A stretch of 64,000 bases of DNA from positions 266,770 through 330,769 of the forward strand of contig JAYRWY010000007.1 of assembly GCA_041917755.1 (NCBI GenBank), read 5' to 3'. The notes under the pieces are model-generated. The model did no database searches, was not told the origin of the DNA, and saw only the letters and a program-made list of their open reading frames with translations. The translations under genes and the position numbers were made by a program. This document shows positions 50,632-61,120 of the stretch, in pieces. The stretch is from Alphaproteobacteria bacterium (GTDB taxonomy: Bacteria; Pseudomonadota; Alphaproteobacteria; UBA9219; RGZA01). Every line of letters starts with the position of its first letter. Position 1 is the first letter of the stretch.

Positions 50632-51549
50632 TTAAATTTTTCTAAAGCACCATAACAGGATGGCTTTTTGCACATGCAAACGGTTTTCTGCCTCATCCCA
50701 GACAACAGATTGCGGGCCATCCATCACGGCATCGGTGACTTCTTCGCCGCGATGAGCGGGAAGGCAATGCATAAATATAGCTGATGGTTTTGCTACTGCC
50801 ATTTGGGCTGCGTCAATTTGATACGGCTGAAGCAGTTTGCGGCGTTCATCAGCATTGGTGTCGTGCATGGATATCCATGTATCAGCCAAAACGATGTCGG
50901 CATTTTTAAGTGCGGTATTCAGATCTTCTGAATAAGTAATTTTGGCTTTGGACTGCGCTTTTTTCAATGTCTGCGCATCTGGTGCCAGACTTTTTGGTGC
51001 TGCAATCCGAATAGAAAAATCAAATAATCCTGCTGCATGCATCCAGCTGGTCAGCACATTATTATTGCCATCGCCACACCACGCAACTTCAAGCCCTTTC
51101 AGGTTTTTGAATTTTTCAATTGCAGTCATTAAGTCTGCCATCACCTGACAGGGATGGGAGAAGTTCGTCAGTCCGTTAATCACGGGAATGCTGGCATGTG
51201 TTGCAATTTCCGTCACATTCTCATGTGCGAATGTGCGGATCATCAATCCTTGAACAAAGCGGCTCAGCACCCGTGCCGTATCGCCAAGACTTTCGCCATG
51301 TCCCAATTGCATTTCTTTCCCGGACAATACAATTGCCTCACCGCCCAGTTCTTTCATCGCGACTTCAAACGAAACGCGGGTACGGGTTGATGGCTTTTCA
51401 AAAATCATCGCCAAGGTTTTTCCTTGCAAATCTTTACGCCAATTGCGCACTTTTTTCAGGCGAAGCGCTTGATGCAAGATGGCCGTCAAAGTCTGCGTAT
51501 CAAACGCATCCAAATCGATAAAGTGCCGCATTTTATGTTGAACGTTCAT
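50632..51549 (-). CDS. argF: ornithine carbamoyltransferase
   Basis: STRTR carbamoyl-phosphate motif and HCLP motif. Confidence 0.9.
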   Translation of the reverse strand: MNVQHKMRHFIDLDAFDTQTLTAILHQALRLKKVRNWRKDLQGKTLAMIFEKPSTRTRVSFEVAMKELGGEAIVLSGKEMQLGHGESLGDTARVLSRFVQGLMIRTFAHENVTEIATHASIPVINGLTNFSHPCQVMADLMTAIEKFKNLKGLEVAWCGDGNNNVLTSWMHAAGLFDFSIRIAAPKSLAPDAQTLKKAQSKAKITYSEDLNTALKNADIVLADTWISMHDTNADERRKLLQPYQIDAAQMAVAKPSAIFMHCLPAHRGEEVTDAVMDGPQSVVWDEAENRLHVQKAILLWCFRKI

Positions 51550-52766
51550 TATGCGGCATCCCTTGGTTTAATATATTCTCTGATGGTTTGTTTAATAATA
51601 TCCATCGCTTCATCGACGTGCTGTTCTTCAATGATAAGCGGTGGCAGAAAGCGCACCACTTGGTCAGATGCACCCACGCATAGCAATCCGTTTTCGCGCA
51701 GTTTGGCCACCAGTTTCAGATTATCATCGGGGTTTACGCAGCGTAACCCCTGCATCAGGTTTTTACCACGATGCTCATGAAATAATGGGGCTGTATTGGT
51801 GGTAAATAGTTTGGGAAATTCATCGATTAATTCATCAAACCGTTTCCAAAGATATGCGCCCACACGGTTAACCTGTTTGAGCACTTTGCCATCTTGAAAT
51901 AAATCCAACACGGCATTTCCTACCGCCATCGCCAATGGATTGCCGCCATAGGTTGAGCCATGGGTGCCGGGTTGCATGCCACTAGCTGCTTTTTCGGTCG
52001 CAAGGCATGCGCCAAGCGGGAAGCCGCCTCCAATGCCTTTGGCGACGCAAATCACGTCTGGCGTTACATCATACCATTCATAGGCAAACAGTTTTCCGGT
52101 TCTGCCCATGCCACATTGAATTTCATCAAAGTACAGCAACAAGCCATGCTCATCGCAAAGTTGCTTAAGGCCGCGCACAAATTCTGGTGTTGCCGCACGC
52201 ATGCCGCCTTCGCCTTGTACGACTTCGATGTGAATACATGCGGTCTCAGGCGTGATGGCTTTTTTAACTGCATCCAGATCATTCCATGGCACTTGGTCAA
52301 ACATATCAATCAAGGGGCCAAAACCGCCGACCATTTTGTCGGTTTTGGATGCGGCAATGCCGGTCATGCTCCGCCCATGGAAGCAACCTTGGAAGGTAAT
52401 GAAACGGGTTTTTTGTGGTTGACCAATGTGGGTGAAGTATTTGCGAATGACTTTAACGCCGCATTCCCATGCTTCGCTGCCCGAGTTGTTAAAGAACACG
52501 GTATCGGCAAATGTTAAATCGCACAGACGTTGTGCAAGTCGCTCACCTTCTGGGATACGGAAGATGTTGGATACATGCCACAACTTCTTGGCTTGCTCGT
52601 GGAGCTTTTCAACCAGATATGGGTGTGCATGACCAAATGCGTTCACAGCAATTCCCGCTGCAAAATCCAGATAGCGTTTGCCATCTGTTGTATAAAGGTA
52701 TGGGCCTTCACCACGTTCAAAAGATAAATTGGCCCGGTTATAAACGGGCATAATTGGCGTAATCAT
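51549..52766 (-). CDS. argD: acetylornithine aminotransferase
   Basis: Class III aminotransferase with a PLP Lys context (DEIQCGMGRTGK). Confidence 0.85.
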   Translation of the reverse strand: MITPIMPVYNRANLSFERGEGPYLYTTDGKRYLDFAAGIAVNAFGHAHPYLVEKLHEQAKKLWHVSNIFRIPEGERLAQRLCDLTFADTVFFNNSGSEAWECGVKVIRKYFTHIGQPQKTRFITFQGCFHGRSMTGIAASKTDKMVGGFGPLIDMFDQVPWNDLDAVKKAITPETACIHIEVVQGEGGMRAATPEFVRGLKQLCDEHGLLLYFDEIQCGMGRTGKLFAYEWYDVTPDVICVAKGIGGGFPLGACLATEKAASGMQPGTHGSTYGGNPLAMAVGNAVLDLFQDGKVLKQVNRVGAYLWKRFDELIDEFPKLFTTNTAPLFHEHRGKNLMQGLRCVNPDDNLKLVAKLRENGLLCVGASDQVVRFLPPLIIEEQHVDEAMDIIKQTIREYIKPRDAA

Positions 52767-52780
52767 CGTTTAACTCTACC

Positions 52781-53614
52781 CTAGCTCTTAAGTTTATATC
52801 CTTTTTTTAGCATCACTAATGTGATGACCCATAGCACAATATTTACTGCCGCCATCACAACCAGCCCGACTTGCAGTGAGCCATCTGTAACGCCAGTAAA
52901 TCCGTATCGAAAGCCATCAATCATATAAAAGAACGGGTTGAGGTGGCAGAGAAAACGCCACATCTCCGGTAACTGTGCGGCAGTATAAAATGTTCCAGAA
53001 AGGAAGGTGGCTGGCATGATAATAAAATTGGTAACCGTCGCCAGATGGTCAAACTTCATCGACCATATGCCGCCAATCAAGCCAAGCAACGCCATCATCA
53101 TCGAGCCCATAACACCGTGATAAATGATATAAAGCGGATCATGCAATGGCACCCCGGAAAAGGGCGCAAGTACCAAAATCGATGCAATTCCAACTGCCAC
53201 GCCGCGTACCAGTCCGCCAAGCGTATAACCAATTGCAAACTCGGTTGCCGTAAGTGGCGGCATGAGCACATCAACGATGTTCCCCTGAACTTTTGAAATC
53301 ACCATGGATGAAGATGTGTTGGCAAACGCGTTTTGCGCCATCGACATCATGATTAGGCCGGGTGTTAAAAAATCCATATAAGGAATACCAGCAGCCGTTT
53401 TTCCGGCACCACCCAATGCAATGCTGAACACGGCATAGAATAAAATGGTGCTGATCACCGGTGCGATAATCGTTTGCAGGTAGACTACAAAAAACCGCTG
53501 CGTTTCTTTGCGTGTAAGCGTGGCAAGTCCAACCCAATTGATACTGCCTATATCACGCGGCATCAGTTGATCAGGCGATAATTTTACCTGGGATAATTTT
53601 TCTGCGGGGGTCAT
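52781..53614 (-). CDS. ABC-2 type transporter permease; no cognate ATPase gene nearby
   Basis: Six transmembrane helices with an ABC-2/NodJ-like profile. Confidence 0.65.
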   Translation of the reverse strand: MTPAEKLSQVKLSPDQLMPRDIGSINWVGLATLTRKETQRFFVVYLQTIIAPVISTILFYAVFSIALGGAGKTAAGIPYMDFLTPGLIMMSMAQNAFANTSSSMVISKVQGNIVDVLMPPLTATEFAIGYTLGGLVRGVAVGIASILVLAPFSGVPLHDPLYIIYHGVMGSMMMALLGLIGGIWSMKFDHLATVTNFIIMPATFLSGTFYTAAQLPEMWRFLCHLNPFFYMIDGFRYGFTGVTDGSLQVGLVVMAAVNIVLWVITLVMLKKGYKLKS

Positions 53615-53718
53615 CTCGCTTCCTTGTTAAACAGTGTAGGAAGCAATTAATTATAAATCGCCGGGGCCGCATTACAAGGTATCTTTGGCATATGAGCCAA
53701 AATACCTTGTCTATGGGC

Positions 53719-55014
53719 TTAATCGGTCAAAAAGTCCTTGTCGGTGATGCCACTGCGAAGTTCGGGCGGGGGGCTCAACAGGGATTGGCTGGCCTCTGGA
53801 TTGGTCTTGAGGTATTTGCTCAGCACATCGACCACCTTGGGATCATAGATTGCGCCAGCATCTTTTTTAAGGATATTAAGGGCATTATCAATGCTTAAGC
53901 CTTCACGGTGGGCACGTGGCGATACCAACGCAACAAAAGCGTTGGCTACCACGATAATGCGGGATGTTTCTAAAATGTTTTCGCCCTTGCGGCCTTCCGG
54001 TATGCCGGTGCCATCATAACGCTCTAAAACCTGGCGCATGGTTGGAATAACCGGAACCTGAAAGCTGATAAGCGAGAGAATATCGGCGGATGTCAAAATG
54101 CTCTTGCGCACTAAGCGCAGTTCATCGGCATTCAATGCGCTGCTCTTAATCAGGATGCTGCGTGGGACCAATACTTTACCCAGATTCATCAGTGATCCGG
54201 CAATACGGCATGCCTCCACGCTTTGTTCATCTAAATTCATTTCATGGGCAATCGCTTCGGATATCATTCCCACGCGAAGGCTATGACCAGCTGCGTAGGG
54301 GTCGCGGCGGTCAACAACTGCAACCAGTGTATCAATCAGTTGGCGGAAAGTTTGGTCTTGGCGCTCACGTTCAACAATGACATCAGAGATGTCTTTTTGG
54401 GTCACCATCACCAAATTGCTCAAATCCGCGGTGTCCGGCAATGGAATATGATAGGTCTGTGTATAGTGTGGGCCAGTTGCATCATCATGCCTGTCGACAG
54501 TAATCACAGGCGCACCACCATTGCTGGCTCGTCTGATACGATCGCCTAATAGGCTGGCTTGGCGCGGCAGAAATACACGGTCGATGGTCTTACCCACCAA
54601 ATCTTCCTGATCGATCTTTAACTGGCGGCCAGCTTCATTATTGGCAAACCAGAAATGACCATCACGGTCGGCAATGAATAAGCTGTTTGGAATATTATCG
54701 GTAATTACTTTTAATAATTCTTCATTGTAATGCACGCGGCTCTTTAAACCGTCTTCGCGAATTTGGTACTTAAGCTGTGTATGAAGGCTTGCAAAATGAT
54801 AAGCGGTAATAGCGGCGCAAATAACCAACACAAGCGCAATCACCAATACGGTGAATAGGGTATTAATGGTACCATTGATGTTGGATGGCTCAAATAATTG
54901 GAACGATAAAAAAGCTCCGCCCAATAATAATGCCGGACAAGCAATCATGCCCAGCAACTTTGCCGTTAATGATAATTTGGGTTCATCGAATTTTACTTCA
55001 GTGGCTGGGGACAT
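53719..55014 (-). CDS. membrane PAS-domain protein with a degenerate HD-GYP domain
   Basis: Two transmembrane helices, a PAS domain and an HD-GYP scaffold in which HD is replaced by MN, HHE by VLE and GYP by GIP. Confidence 0.7.
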   Translation of the reverse strand: MSPATEVKFDEPKLSLTAKLLGMIACPALLLGGAFLSFQLFEPSNINGTINTLFTVLVIALVLVICAAITAYHFASLHTQLKYQIREDGLKSRVHYNEELLKVITDNIPNSLFIADRDGHFWFANNEAGRQLKIDQEDLVGKTIDRVFLPRQASLLGDRIRRASNGGAPVITVDRHDDATGPHYTQTYHIPLPDTADLSNLVMVTQKDISDVIVERERQDQTFRQLIDTLVAVVDRRDPYAAGHSLRVGMISEAIAHEMNLDEQSVEACRIAGSLMNLGKVLVPRSILIKSSALNADELRLVRKSILTSADILSLISFQVPVIPTMRQVLERYDGTGIPEGRKGENILETSRIIVVANAFVALVSPRAHREGLSIDNALNILKKDAGAIYDPKVVDVLSKYLKTNPEASQSLLSPPPELRSGITDKDFLTD

Positions 55015-55138
55015 TAGGTGGGGCCTTTTGGAAGGAAACGATGCTCCTACATATATATATGGAGTGCTAAACTTTTCTTAAGAACCCTAATAAATCAGGG
55101 GGCATTGGCAGTTAAGTCACTGATTATAAAGGCTTGGG

Positions 55139-56284
55139 CTAGTCCAAATTTGGCCGTCCAAAGCTCGTATCACGGTGAATGGCAATGCTCAGCAAGATTC
55201 CACAGGCAATATAGAAGGCCAACATCACGCTACCGCCATAGGAGATGAGGGGCAGCGGAATCCCCACCACGGGAATAAGGCCGGTAACCATGGCCACATT
55301 AGTCAGTAAGTAAAGGAACATGGTGGTGGTGAGGCCAAGGCCAAGCAAGCGACCAAATTGATGACGCGAGTGAAGACTGATGACATAGCCATACACAATC
55401 AAAATGAAAAACAGCATCAATAACAATACCGCGCCGATTAATCCCATTTCTTCGGCAAGTACCACAAAGATAAAGTCTGTATGTTTTTCTGGCAGAAAGT
55501 TCAGCTGGCTTTGTGTGCCCATACCAAATCCTTTTCCGTACAATCCACCCGAACCCAATGCAATTTTGGATTGAATGATATTATACCCAGCCCCCAAAGG
55601 GTCTTTTTCTGGGTCAAGAAAGGTGGTCAGGCGGGCTTTTTGATAGTCGTGTAAATGGTTCCATGCCGCCATCGCTGCGAATGGAACGCCGACACCAATG
55701 CTGGCGAAGATCCACCAACGTACACCTGCAAGAAAGAATACGGTGGCTGAAAACAGTGCGGTAAGCGTAGCCGTACCCAGATTGGGTTGAATGAGGATAA
55801 GCCCAACAGGCAGCAAAACCATTCCCGCTGGAACCAATAATCGCAACGGATTGCCAATTTCTTCATATGATAAATTATGGAAGTAATGCGCAAGGGCCAA
55901 TGCAAGCGCTACCTTCATATGCTCGGATGGCTGTAAAACGAAAAAGCCAAAATTAATCCAGCGCTGAGCGCCCATCCCAATATGTCCGATAACCGCAACC
56001 GCAACCAGCAACGCAAGTAGCGCCCCGTAAATGACATAGCTCCATTTAAATAGGAACCGTATGTCTACCAATGCAATGCCTATCATTAAAAAAATACCGG
56101 GAATGACACGGGTAAGCTGCCGACCCGCCCAAGGCTCCCAATTCGCGCCGCCCGCAGAGTAGAGCAGTGTTACACCAAAAGCCGATATCAAAATTACAAG
56201 AAATACAAACCCCCATGGCATCACCCGGAGTTTATCTTGGATATCCATATCTTGGTCGGACGGAATGGAGTTGTGGTACATCAT
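55139..56284 (-). CDS. SEDS family peptidoglycan glycosyltransferase (FtsW/RodA family), stand-alone
   Basis: Ten transmembrane helices with conserved SEDS motifs (LYSAGG..., NLGTATL). No adjacent PBP gene. Confidence 0.8.
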   Translation of the reverse strand: MMYHNSIPSDQDMDIQDKLRVMPWGFVFLVILISAFGVTLLYSAGGANWEPWAGRQLTRVIPGIFLMIGIALVDIRFLFKWSYVIYGALLALLVAVAVIGHIGMGAQRWINFGFFVLQPSEHMKVALALALAHYFHNLSYEEIGNPLRLLVPAGMVLLPVGLILIQPNLGTATLTALFSATVFFLAGVRWWIFASIGVGVPFAAMAAWNHLHDYQKARLTTFLDPEKDPLGAGYNIIQSKIALGSGGLYGKGFGMGTQSQLNFLPEKHTDFIFVVLAEEMGLIGAVLLLMLFFILIVYGYVISLHSRHQFGRLLGLGLTTTMFLYLLTNVAMVTGLIPVVGIPLPLISYGGSVMLAFYIACGILLSIAIHRDTSFGRPNLD

Positions 56285-56363
56285 GGATTTTAAAAATATC
56301 AGGTGCGGTTATATATACCAAAGACGAGCAGTTTTTTGTATACACCCTATAAACCTAACCGTT

Positions 56364-57491
56364 ATGCTTTGGCTAATGCAAATAAAACCTAATACCTATT
56401 ATCAATTACGTCTGGATGCGGGGGAAATCATCCCCGATGCCGCGCAGTTAAAAGTTGTAAACGCACTGCATCAGCTGGCGGTACGAATGCCGCGTTTGGC
56501 GCGTGAACCCAATTTACCTGGCTTTCTCCGCTGGCTGATCAGGCGTGAGCGAAATCGTGGATTGTATATTTACGGCACAGTAGGCCGCGGTAAAACCATG
56601 TTAATGGACATGTTTTTTGAAAGTATCCATGGCGTCAGCAAGCGTCGCATTCATTTCCACGCATTTATGCTGGATGTACATTCCCGTTTGCATGCTGCCC
56701 GCCAGGAAAATCGCCAGGATAATAAAAAAGATGATGCAGTGATGCGCGTTGCTGCCGACCTCGCCAAGGAAGCAAAGCTGCTTTGCTTTGATGAATTCCA
56801 AGTTCATAACATCGCCGATGCTATGATTTTAAGTCGCTTCTTCCGTGAGTTGTTTCGCAAAGGCGTGGTAATAGTTGCCACATCCAATACAGCACCTGAT
56901 AATCTTTACGCCGGTGGTTTGCAACGTGACTTGTTCCTGCCATTTATCGACTTAATTAAAAAGCGCCTCACCGTTCTTTTGCTGGATGATGGCCGTGATT
57001 ATCGTCAGGACCGCATCAAAGGCATGCCCGTTTATCTAAGTCCACTTGGTAAATCCGCCAGCGATGGTTTGACGCAAATTTTTGCCAAGCTAACAGATGA
57101 CGAGCAGTCATCATCCATCACCATTACTGTGGAACAGGGCAGGGAACTGTTTGTTGCAAAAGCTGCGCATGGTGTTGCGTGGTTCACTTTTGATGAGCTT
57201 TGCCGAGATGCCAAAGGCACGCCAGACTTCATCGCAATTACCAAGCATTTTCATACAGTCATTCTGGAAGGTGTGCCGCACTTAACGGATGCAGATAAAA
57301 ACAGCACCTTGAGGTTTATTCATTTAGTTGATGTGCTTTATGATAATAAAATAAGGCTCGCTTTAAGTGCGGAAAGGCCATTAGAGCATTTGCTTGATCC
57401 CGCCAGCAGTCTGAACTCGCAATTTGAACGCACCTCCAGCCGTTTAATGGAAATGCAGTCAGAGGACTATATTTTGGCCAGGAAGACCTAA
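56364..57491 (+). CDS. zapE: cell-division ATPase ZapE/AFG1 family
   Basis: Walker A GTVGRGKT, Walker B LCFDEF, AFG1 architecture. The start was set at an internal Met. Confidence 0.8.
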   Translation: MLWLMQIKPNTYYQLRLDAGEIIPDAAQLKVVNALHQLAVRMPRLAREPNLPGFLRWLIRRERNRGLYIYGTVGRGKTMLMDMFFESIHGVSKRRIHFHAFMLDVHSRLHAARQENRQDNKKDDAVMRVAADLAKEAKLLCFDEFQVHNIADAMILSRFFRELFRKGVVIVATSNTAPDNLYAGGLQRDLFLPFIDLIKKRLTVLLLDDGRDYRQDRIKGMPVYLSPLGKSASDGLTQIFAKLTDDEQSSSITITVEQGRELFVAKAAHGVAWFTFDELCRDAKGTPDFIAITKHFHTVILEGVPHLTDADKNSTLRFIHLVDVLYDNKIRLALSAERPLEHLLDPASSLNSQFERTSSRLMEMQSEDYILARKT

Positions 57492-58039
57492 GGGATATGT
57501 TGGGTAGGTAGATGGTGGCGTTGCGCAATCACACGTATGGCATCCATCGATTTCATGGCTTTTTCGAATAATTCCAGTTCCGATTTACCTAATTGAGTTT
57601 GTATCGCTTCGGATGCCACAATCCGAAATACCTTGGTCATGCGTTGCAGATAGCGCTCATGTTTGTTTTCCCGCTCCGGCTTTTTTAAATGACTATCGTA
57701 TTTTTGCATGAGCGCATGTGCAACAATTACAAAATTTAGCAGGATATCATTTCTGCGTGCAGTCTCAATCTCGCTATAATTTCCATTATTTCTTAATTCG
57801 CGAAATTTTTCCCAGGAAGCTACAAACATTTTATAACGCGGCTTGGTTTCGCCAGCCATACTCTGCAACTGATGATGCAGGCCGTGGTCAAGCTTAAGAC
57901 GATATCTTTTCTTGCGTCCTTCGACTGCATGATGATTTTGTTTTGCTTTTTGCCGTGCCATGGGTGGCTCAAATATCTTAAAAAATAGAACTGCAATTTT
58001 AGTATTATTCTTATAAGGCCAAGTTATACTCGTGCCCAT
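57488..58039 (-). CDS. hypothetical basic helical protein
   Basis: 183 aa ORF (157 aa from the internal Met MARQKAKQ). Stop overlaps the zapE stop (convergent). No family recognised. Confidence 0.4.
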   Translation of the reverse strand: MGTSITWPYKNNTKIAVLFFKIFEPPMARQKAKQNHHAVEGRKKRYRLKLDHGLHHQLQSMAGETKPRYKMFVASWEKFRELRNNGNYSEIETARRNDILLNFVIVAHALMQKYDSHLKKPERENKHERYLQRMTKVFRIVASEAIQTQLGKSELELFEKAMKSMDAIRVIAQRHHLPTQHIP

Positions 58040-58079
58040 GGCATAGCGTAAATCATCTTATTGCTTTCATGCCATTCAA

Positions 58080-58595
58080 TTGGGAATACATATGATTTTA
58101 ATTGGCATTGGCGGTAATTTATCATTTAACGGGCAGCCCGTATTGGCCACCTTGAACGAGGCTCTCCGTGCCTTGCCTGAATACGGGATTCGTATCGATA
58201 AATGTTCGTCTTTTTATCACTCGCGCCCGGTACCTGTTTCTGATCAGCCATGGTTTTTTAATGCAGTCGTGTCATGTTCATCGTATTTGTCACCGCATGA
58301 AATGTTGCGCGCACTTTTATCCATCGAACAAAAATTCGGTCGCATTCGTCCAGCAGATGCAGCAATAAAAAATGCTGCACGAACCATTGATCTGGACATC
58401 ATCGATATAAACGGAAAAATTATTTCTGATGATGTTCTTGATCTTCCGCATCCTCGTTTGGCAGAGCGTGCATTCATCATCTTGCCTCTTCTGGAAGTTG
58501 CGCCGGACTGGAAGCATCCTGTTACCGGGCAACACATTTCTGAACTTGCCAACTCCCTGAGTTCACAGGACCGCGCCAACACGATACGGGTTTAG
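58080..58595 (+). CDS. folK: 2-amino-4-hydroxy-6-hydroxymethyldihydropteridine pyrophosphokinase
   Basis: HPPK motifs (IGIGGNL..., IDLDII). Confidence 0.85.
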   Translation: MGIHMILIGIGGNLSFNGQPVLATLNEALRALPEYGIRIDKCSSFYHSRPVPVSDQPWFFNAVVSCSSYLSPHEMLRALLSIEQKFGRIRPADAAIKNAARTIDLDIIDINGKIISDDVLDLPHPRLAERAFIILPLLEVAPDWKHPVTGQHISELANSLSSQDRANTIRV

Positions 58596-59062
58596 TTCCC
58601 GTCCGCATCTTGCCCCGCAAGCCCCTAAATTTTTTTCAACCATAAATGTGGTGCATGCCTCACGGCATCCCGGCGCACGCCACCTTCGTATAAAAAATAG
58701 AGTCAATTCATGGTGTTAGAGGGCGGATAAATTTTGGGAATGACCCACACTTTTTTTGCTGCTTGCTCGCAATTGTGATGGACAAAAAATTACCCACAGG
58801 AAATTTGTTTTTTTCATGTTTCCTACCTTGCCAAACGACTCGTGCTTGGCGCACATATAGACGGTCACTTCACGAACACCACAAAATCTAGTGGTTGACG
58901 TCACAATATAACGGTTAGGTTTTTCATGGTTTGCGCCCAGAAACAGAGCATAAAAAGCATCGAAAGTTTCGGTAAAACAGCTTCGCGCAACGTTAAAAAT
59001 TCCTACGCCGTTCAGTTCAAAAAACAAAAAAACAACAAAAAATAATAAAGGGGTTAGGTAGC

Positions 59063-59719
59063 ATGGCGGAACAGAATAATACGTGGACTCCCGCTCGTAT
59101 CGGAGTACTACAAGAATTATGGGGTAGTGGGTTATCCGCAAAAGAAATCGCCGCCCGTCTTGGCGGTGGCATTACCCGCAATGCAGTGATTGGTAAGGCG
59201 CATCGTTTAGGTTTGTCATCCCGCCCATCACCTATTAAACGCGTAGATGGTAAGCCCGCTGGCCAGCCATCAGGCGGTGTCATGAAAACCCGTTTATCAT
59301 CACCCAAGGCCATGGGGCTGCGTCGTGATGTCATGGTGGGTACGGGTGCATACCGCGGCGCGGATGCTAACCCACGTAGCGATATGCGTGCTGACAGCCG
59401 TATGGACAGAGAAGAAGGCCAATCCAGCCGTATGCGCTCATCCTCGGATGTGGGTAACTATTCACCCCGTTTATTCAAAAATGCTCAACCAGCAGTTCAA
59501 GCCCAAGCCCAGCAATGCCGTTGGCCAGTAGGCGACCCGTTAAAAGCTGGTTTCCATTTCTGCGACAGCATGTCGATCCCTGGTTTGCCATATTGCTATG
59601 ATCATGCCTGCATGGCTTACCAAGGTTCAAAGAAGAAGGTTCCGGCTGCTCCGCGTGAAGATGCTCCAGCAGCTGAAGCTGGCGACAGCGCACAATTCGG
59701 CGCGGTCAACAACAGCTAA
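59063..59719 (+). CDS. gcrA: cell-cycle transcriptional regulator GcrA
   Basis: N-terminal GcrA DNA-binding domain (WTPARIGVLQELWGSGLSAKEIAARLGGGITRNAVIGKAHRLGL) and a C-terminal CRWPVGDP...PYCYDHACMAY motif. Confidence 0.85.
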   Translation: MAEQNNTWTPARIGVLQELWGSGLSAKEIAARLGGGITRNAVIGKAHRLGLSSRPSPIKRVDGKPAGQPSGGVMKTRLSSPKAMGLRRDVMVGTGAYRGADANPRSDMRADSRMDREEGQSSRMRSSSDVGNYSPRLFKNAQPAVQAQAQQCRWPVGDPLKAGFHFCDSMSIPGLPYCYDHACMAYQGSKKKVPAAPREDAPAAEAGDSAQFGAVNNS

Positions 59720-59791
59720 GCCAAAGTTTGTTCCCCAAAACGAAAAAGGCGCATCCTTGGATGCGCCTTTTTTTATGATTGAAGTTCTTGA

Positions 59792-61006
59792 TTAGGCCAG
59801 CGCCTTAACCAAACGATTGCTGATTTCCTGCATATAATCCTTTGTCTTGAGCCATTTTTGGTTTGGACCAACCAAAATAGCCAAGTCTTTGGTCATATAA
59901 CCAGCCTCAATGGTATCAATACATGCTTTTTCAAGCGCCTGACCAAATTTAGTGACGTCTGGCGTATTGTCGGTTTTACCACGATTAATCAAGGCTTGTG
60001 TCCATGCAAAGATAGATGCTGTTGGGTTGGTGGAGGTTTCTTCGCCTTTTTGGTATTGGCGGTAATGGTCGGTCACGGTGCCATGAGCAGCTTCGGTAAG
60101 AACAGTCTTGCCATCTGGTGCAAGCAGCACGGAGGTCATAAGCCCAAGGGAGCCATAGCCCTGCGCGACCATATCGGATTGCACGTCACCATCATAGTTC
60201 TTACATGCCCACAGGAAGCTGGTGCTGGTGCTGATCGCTTTTGCCACCATACTATCGATCAGCAAGTGACGATAGGATATGCCAGCAGCTTCATAGGCAG
60301 CCTTATATTCCTTTTCATAAATCTCAGCAAAAATATCCATGAAACGGCCGTCATAGGCTTTCAAAATGGTATTCTTGGTGGAGAGATACACAGGAACCTT
60401 ACGGTTTAACCCATAACGGAACGTGCTGTGCGCAAAATTGCGAATGGAATTGTCTTCATTGAACATTCCCAATGCTACGCCTGCTCCTGGGAATTCATGC
60501 ACTTTGTGCTGGATGGGCGCGCTGCCATCTTTGGGTGTAAAGGTGATGGTAAGGGTACCTGCACCAGGCACCTTGAAATCGGTGGCTTTATAAACGTCAC
60601 CAAAGCCGTGACGTGCGACGATAATAGGTTCTTTCCATCCTTGAACATAGCGCGGGATATTTTTAACAACGATGGGTTCGCGGAAGATAGTTCCATCTAG
60701 AATATTGCGAATAGTACCGTTAGGGGACTTCCACATTTTTTTGAGGTTGAATTCTTTAACGCGGCCCTCATCTGGGGTAATGGTCGCGCATTTTACACCG
60801 ATGCTGTATTGCTTGATGGCTTCTGCGGCATCAAGGGTGATTTTATCGTCGGTTGCATCTCGCTTTTGCATGGCAAGGTCAAAATATTTGATATCGATAT
60901 CCAAATGCGGCAAAAGCAGCATTTCTTTGATCCAGCCCCACATGATGCGTGCCATTTCGTCGCCATCAAGTTCTACGATTGGATTTGCAACTTTGATTTT
61001 AGCCAT
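59792..61006 (-). CDS. icd: NADP-dependent isocitrate dehydrogenase (dimeric, eukaryote-like type)
   Basis: 404 aa. N-terminus [16 protein letters not shown]...; IDH1/2-type family. Confidence 0.95.
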   Translation of the reverse strand: MAKIKVANPIVELDGDEMARIMWGWIKEMLLLPHLDIDIKYFDLAMQKRDATDDKITLDAAEAIKQYSIGVKCATITPDEGRVKEFNLKKMWKSPNGTIRNILDGTIFREPIVVKNIPRYVQGWKEPIIVARHGFGDVYKATDFKVPGAGTLTITFTPKDGSAPIQHKVHEFPGAGVALGMFNEDNSIRNFAHSTFRYGLNRKVPVYLSTKNTILKAYDGRFMDIFAEIYEKEYKAAYEAAGISYRHLLIDSMVAKAISTSTSFLWACKNYDGDVQSDMVAQGYGSLGLMTSVLLAPDGKTVLTEAAHGTVTDHYRQYQKGEETSTNPTASIFAWTQALINRGKTDNTPDVTKFGQALEKACIDTIEAGYMTKDLAILVGPNQKWLKTKDYMQEISNRLVKALA

Positions 61007-61120
61007 GGGGAATGTCCTCGTTGAGATAGTACGGGATGAAATTGTGCGAACGCACGCAAGTGCAGGGATAGAACGTTAGCGTTCTAACCTTACCAAATCT
61101 TTAAATAGAGGGGAAACGGC

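Noticed and set aside
58716-59141. 141-aa minus-strand ORF in the gcrA upstream region
   Set aside because: It spans the AT-rich gcrA leader and promoter with a homopolymer-derived Phe/Leu-rich composition and overlaps the gcrA start. It is most likely non-coding.
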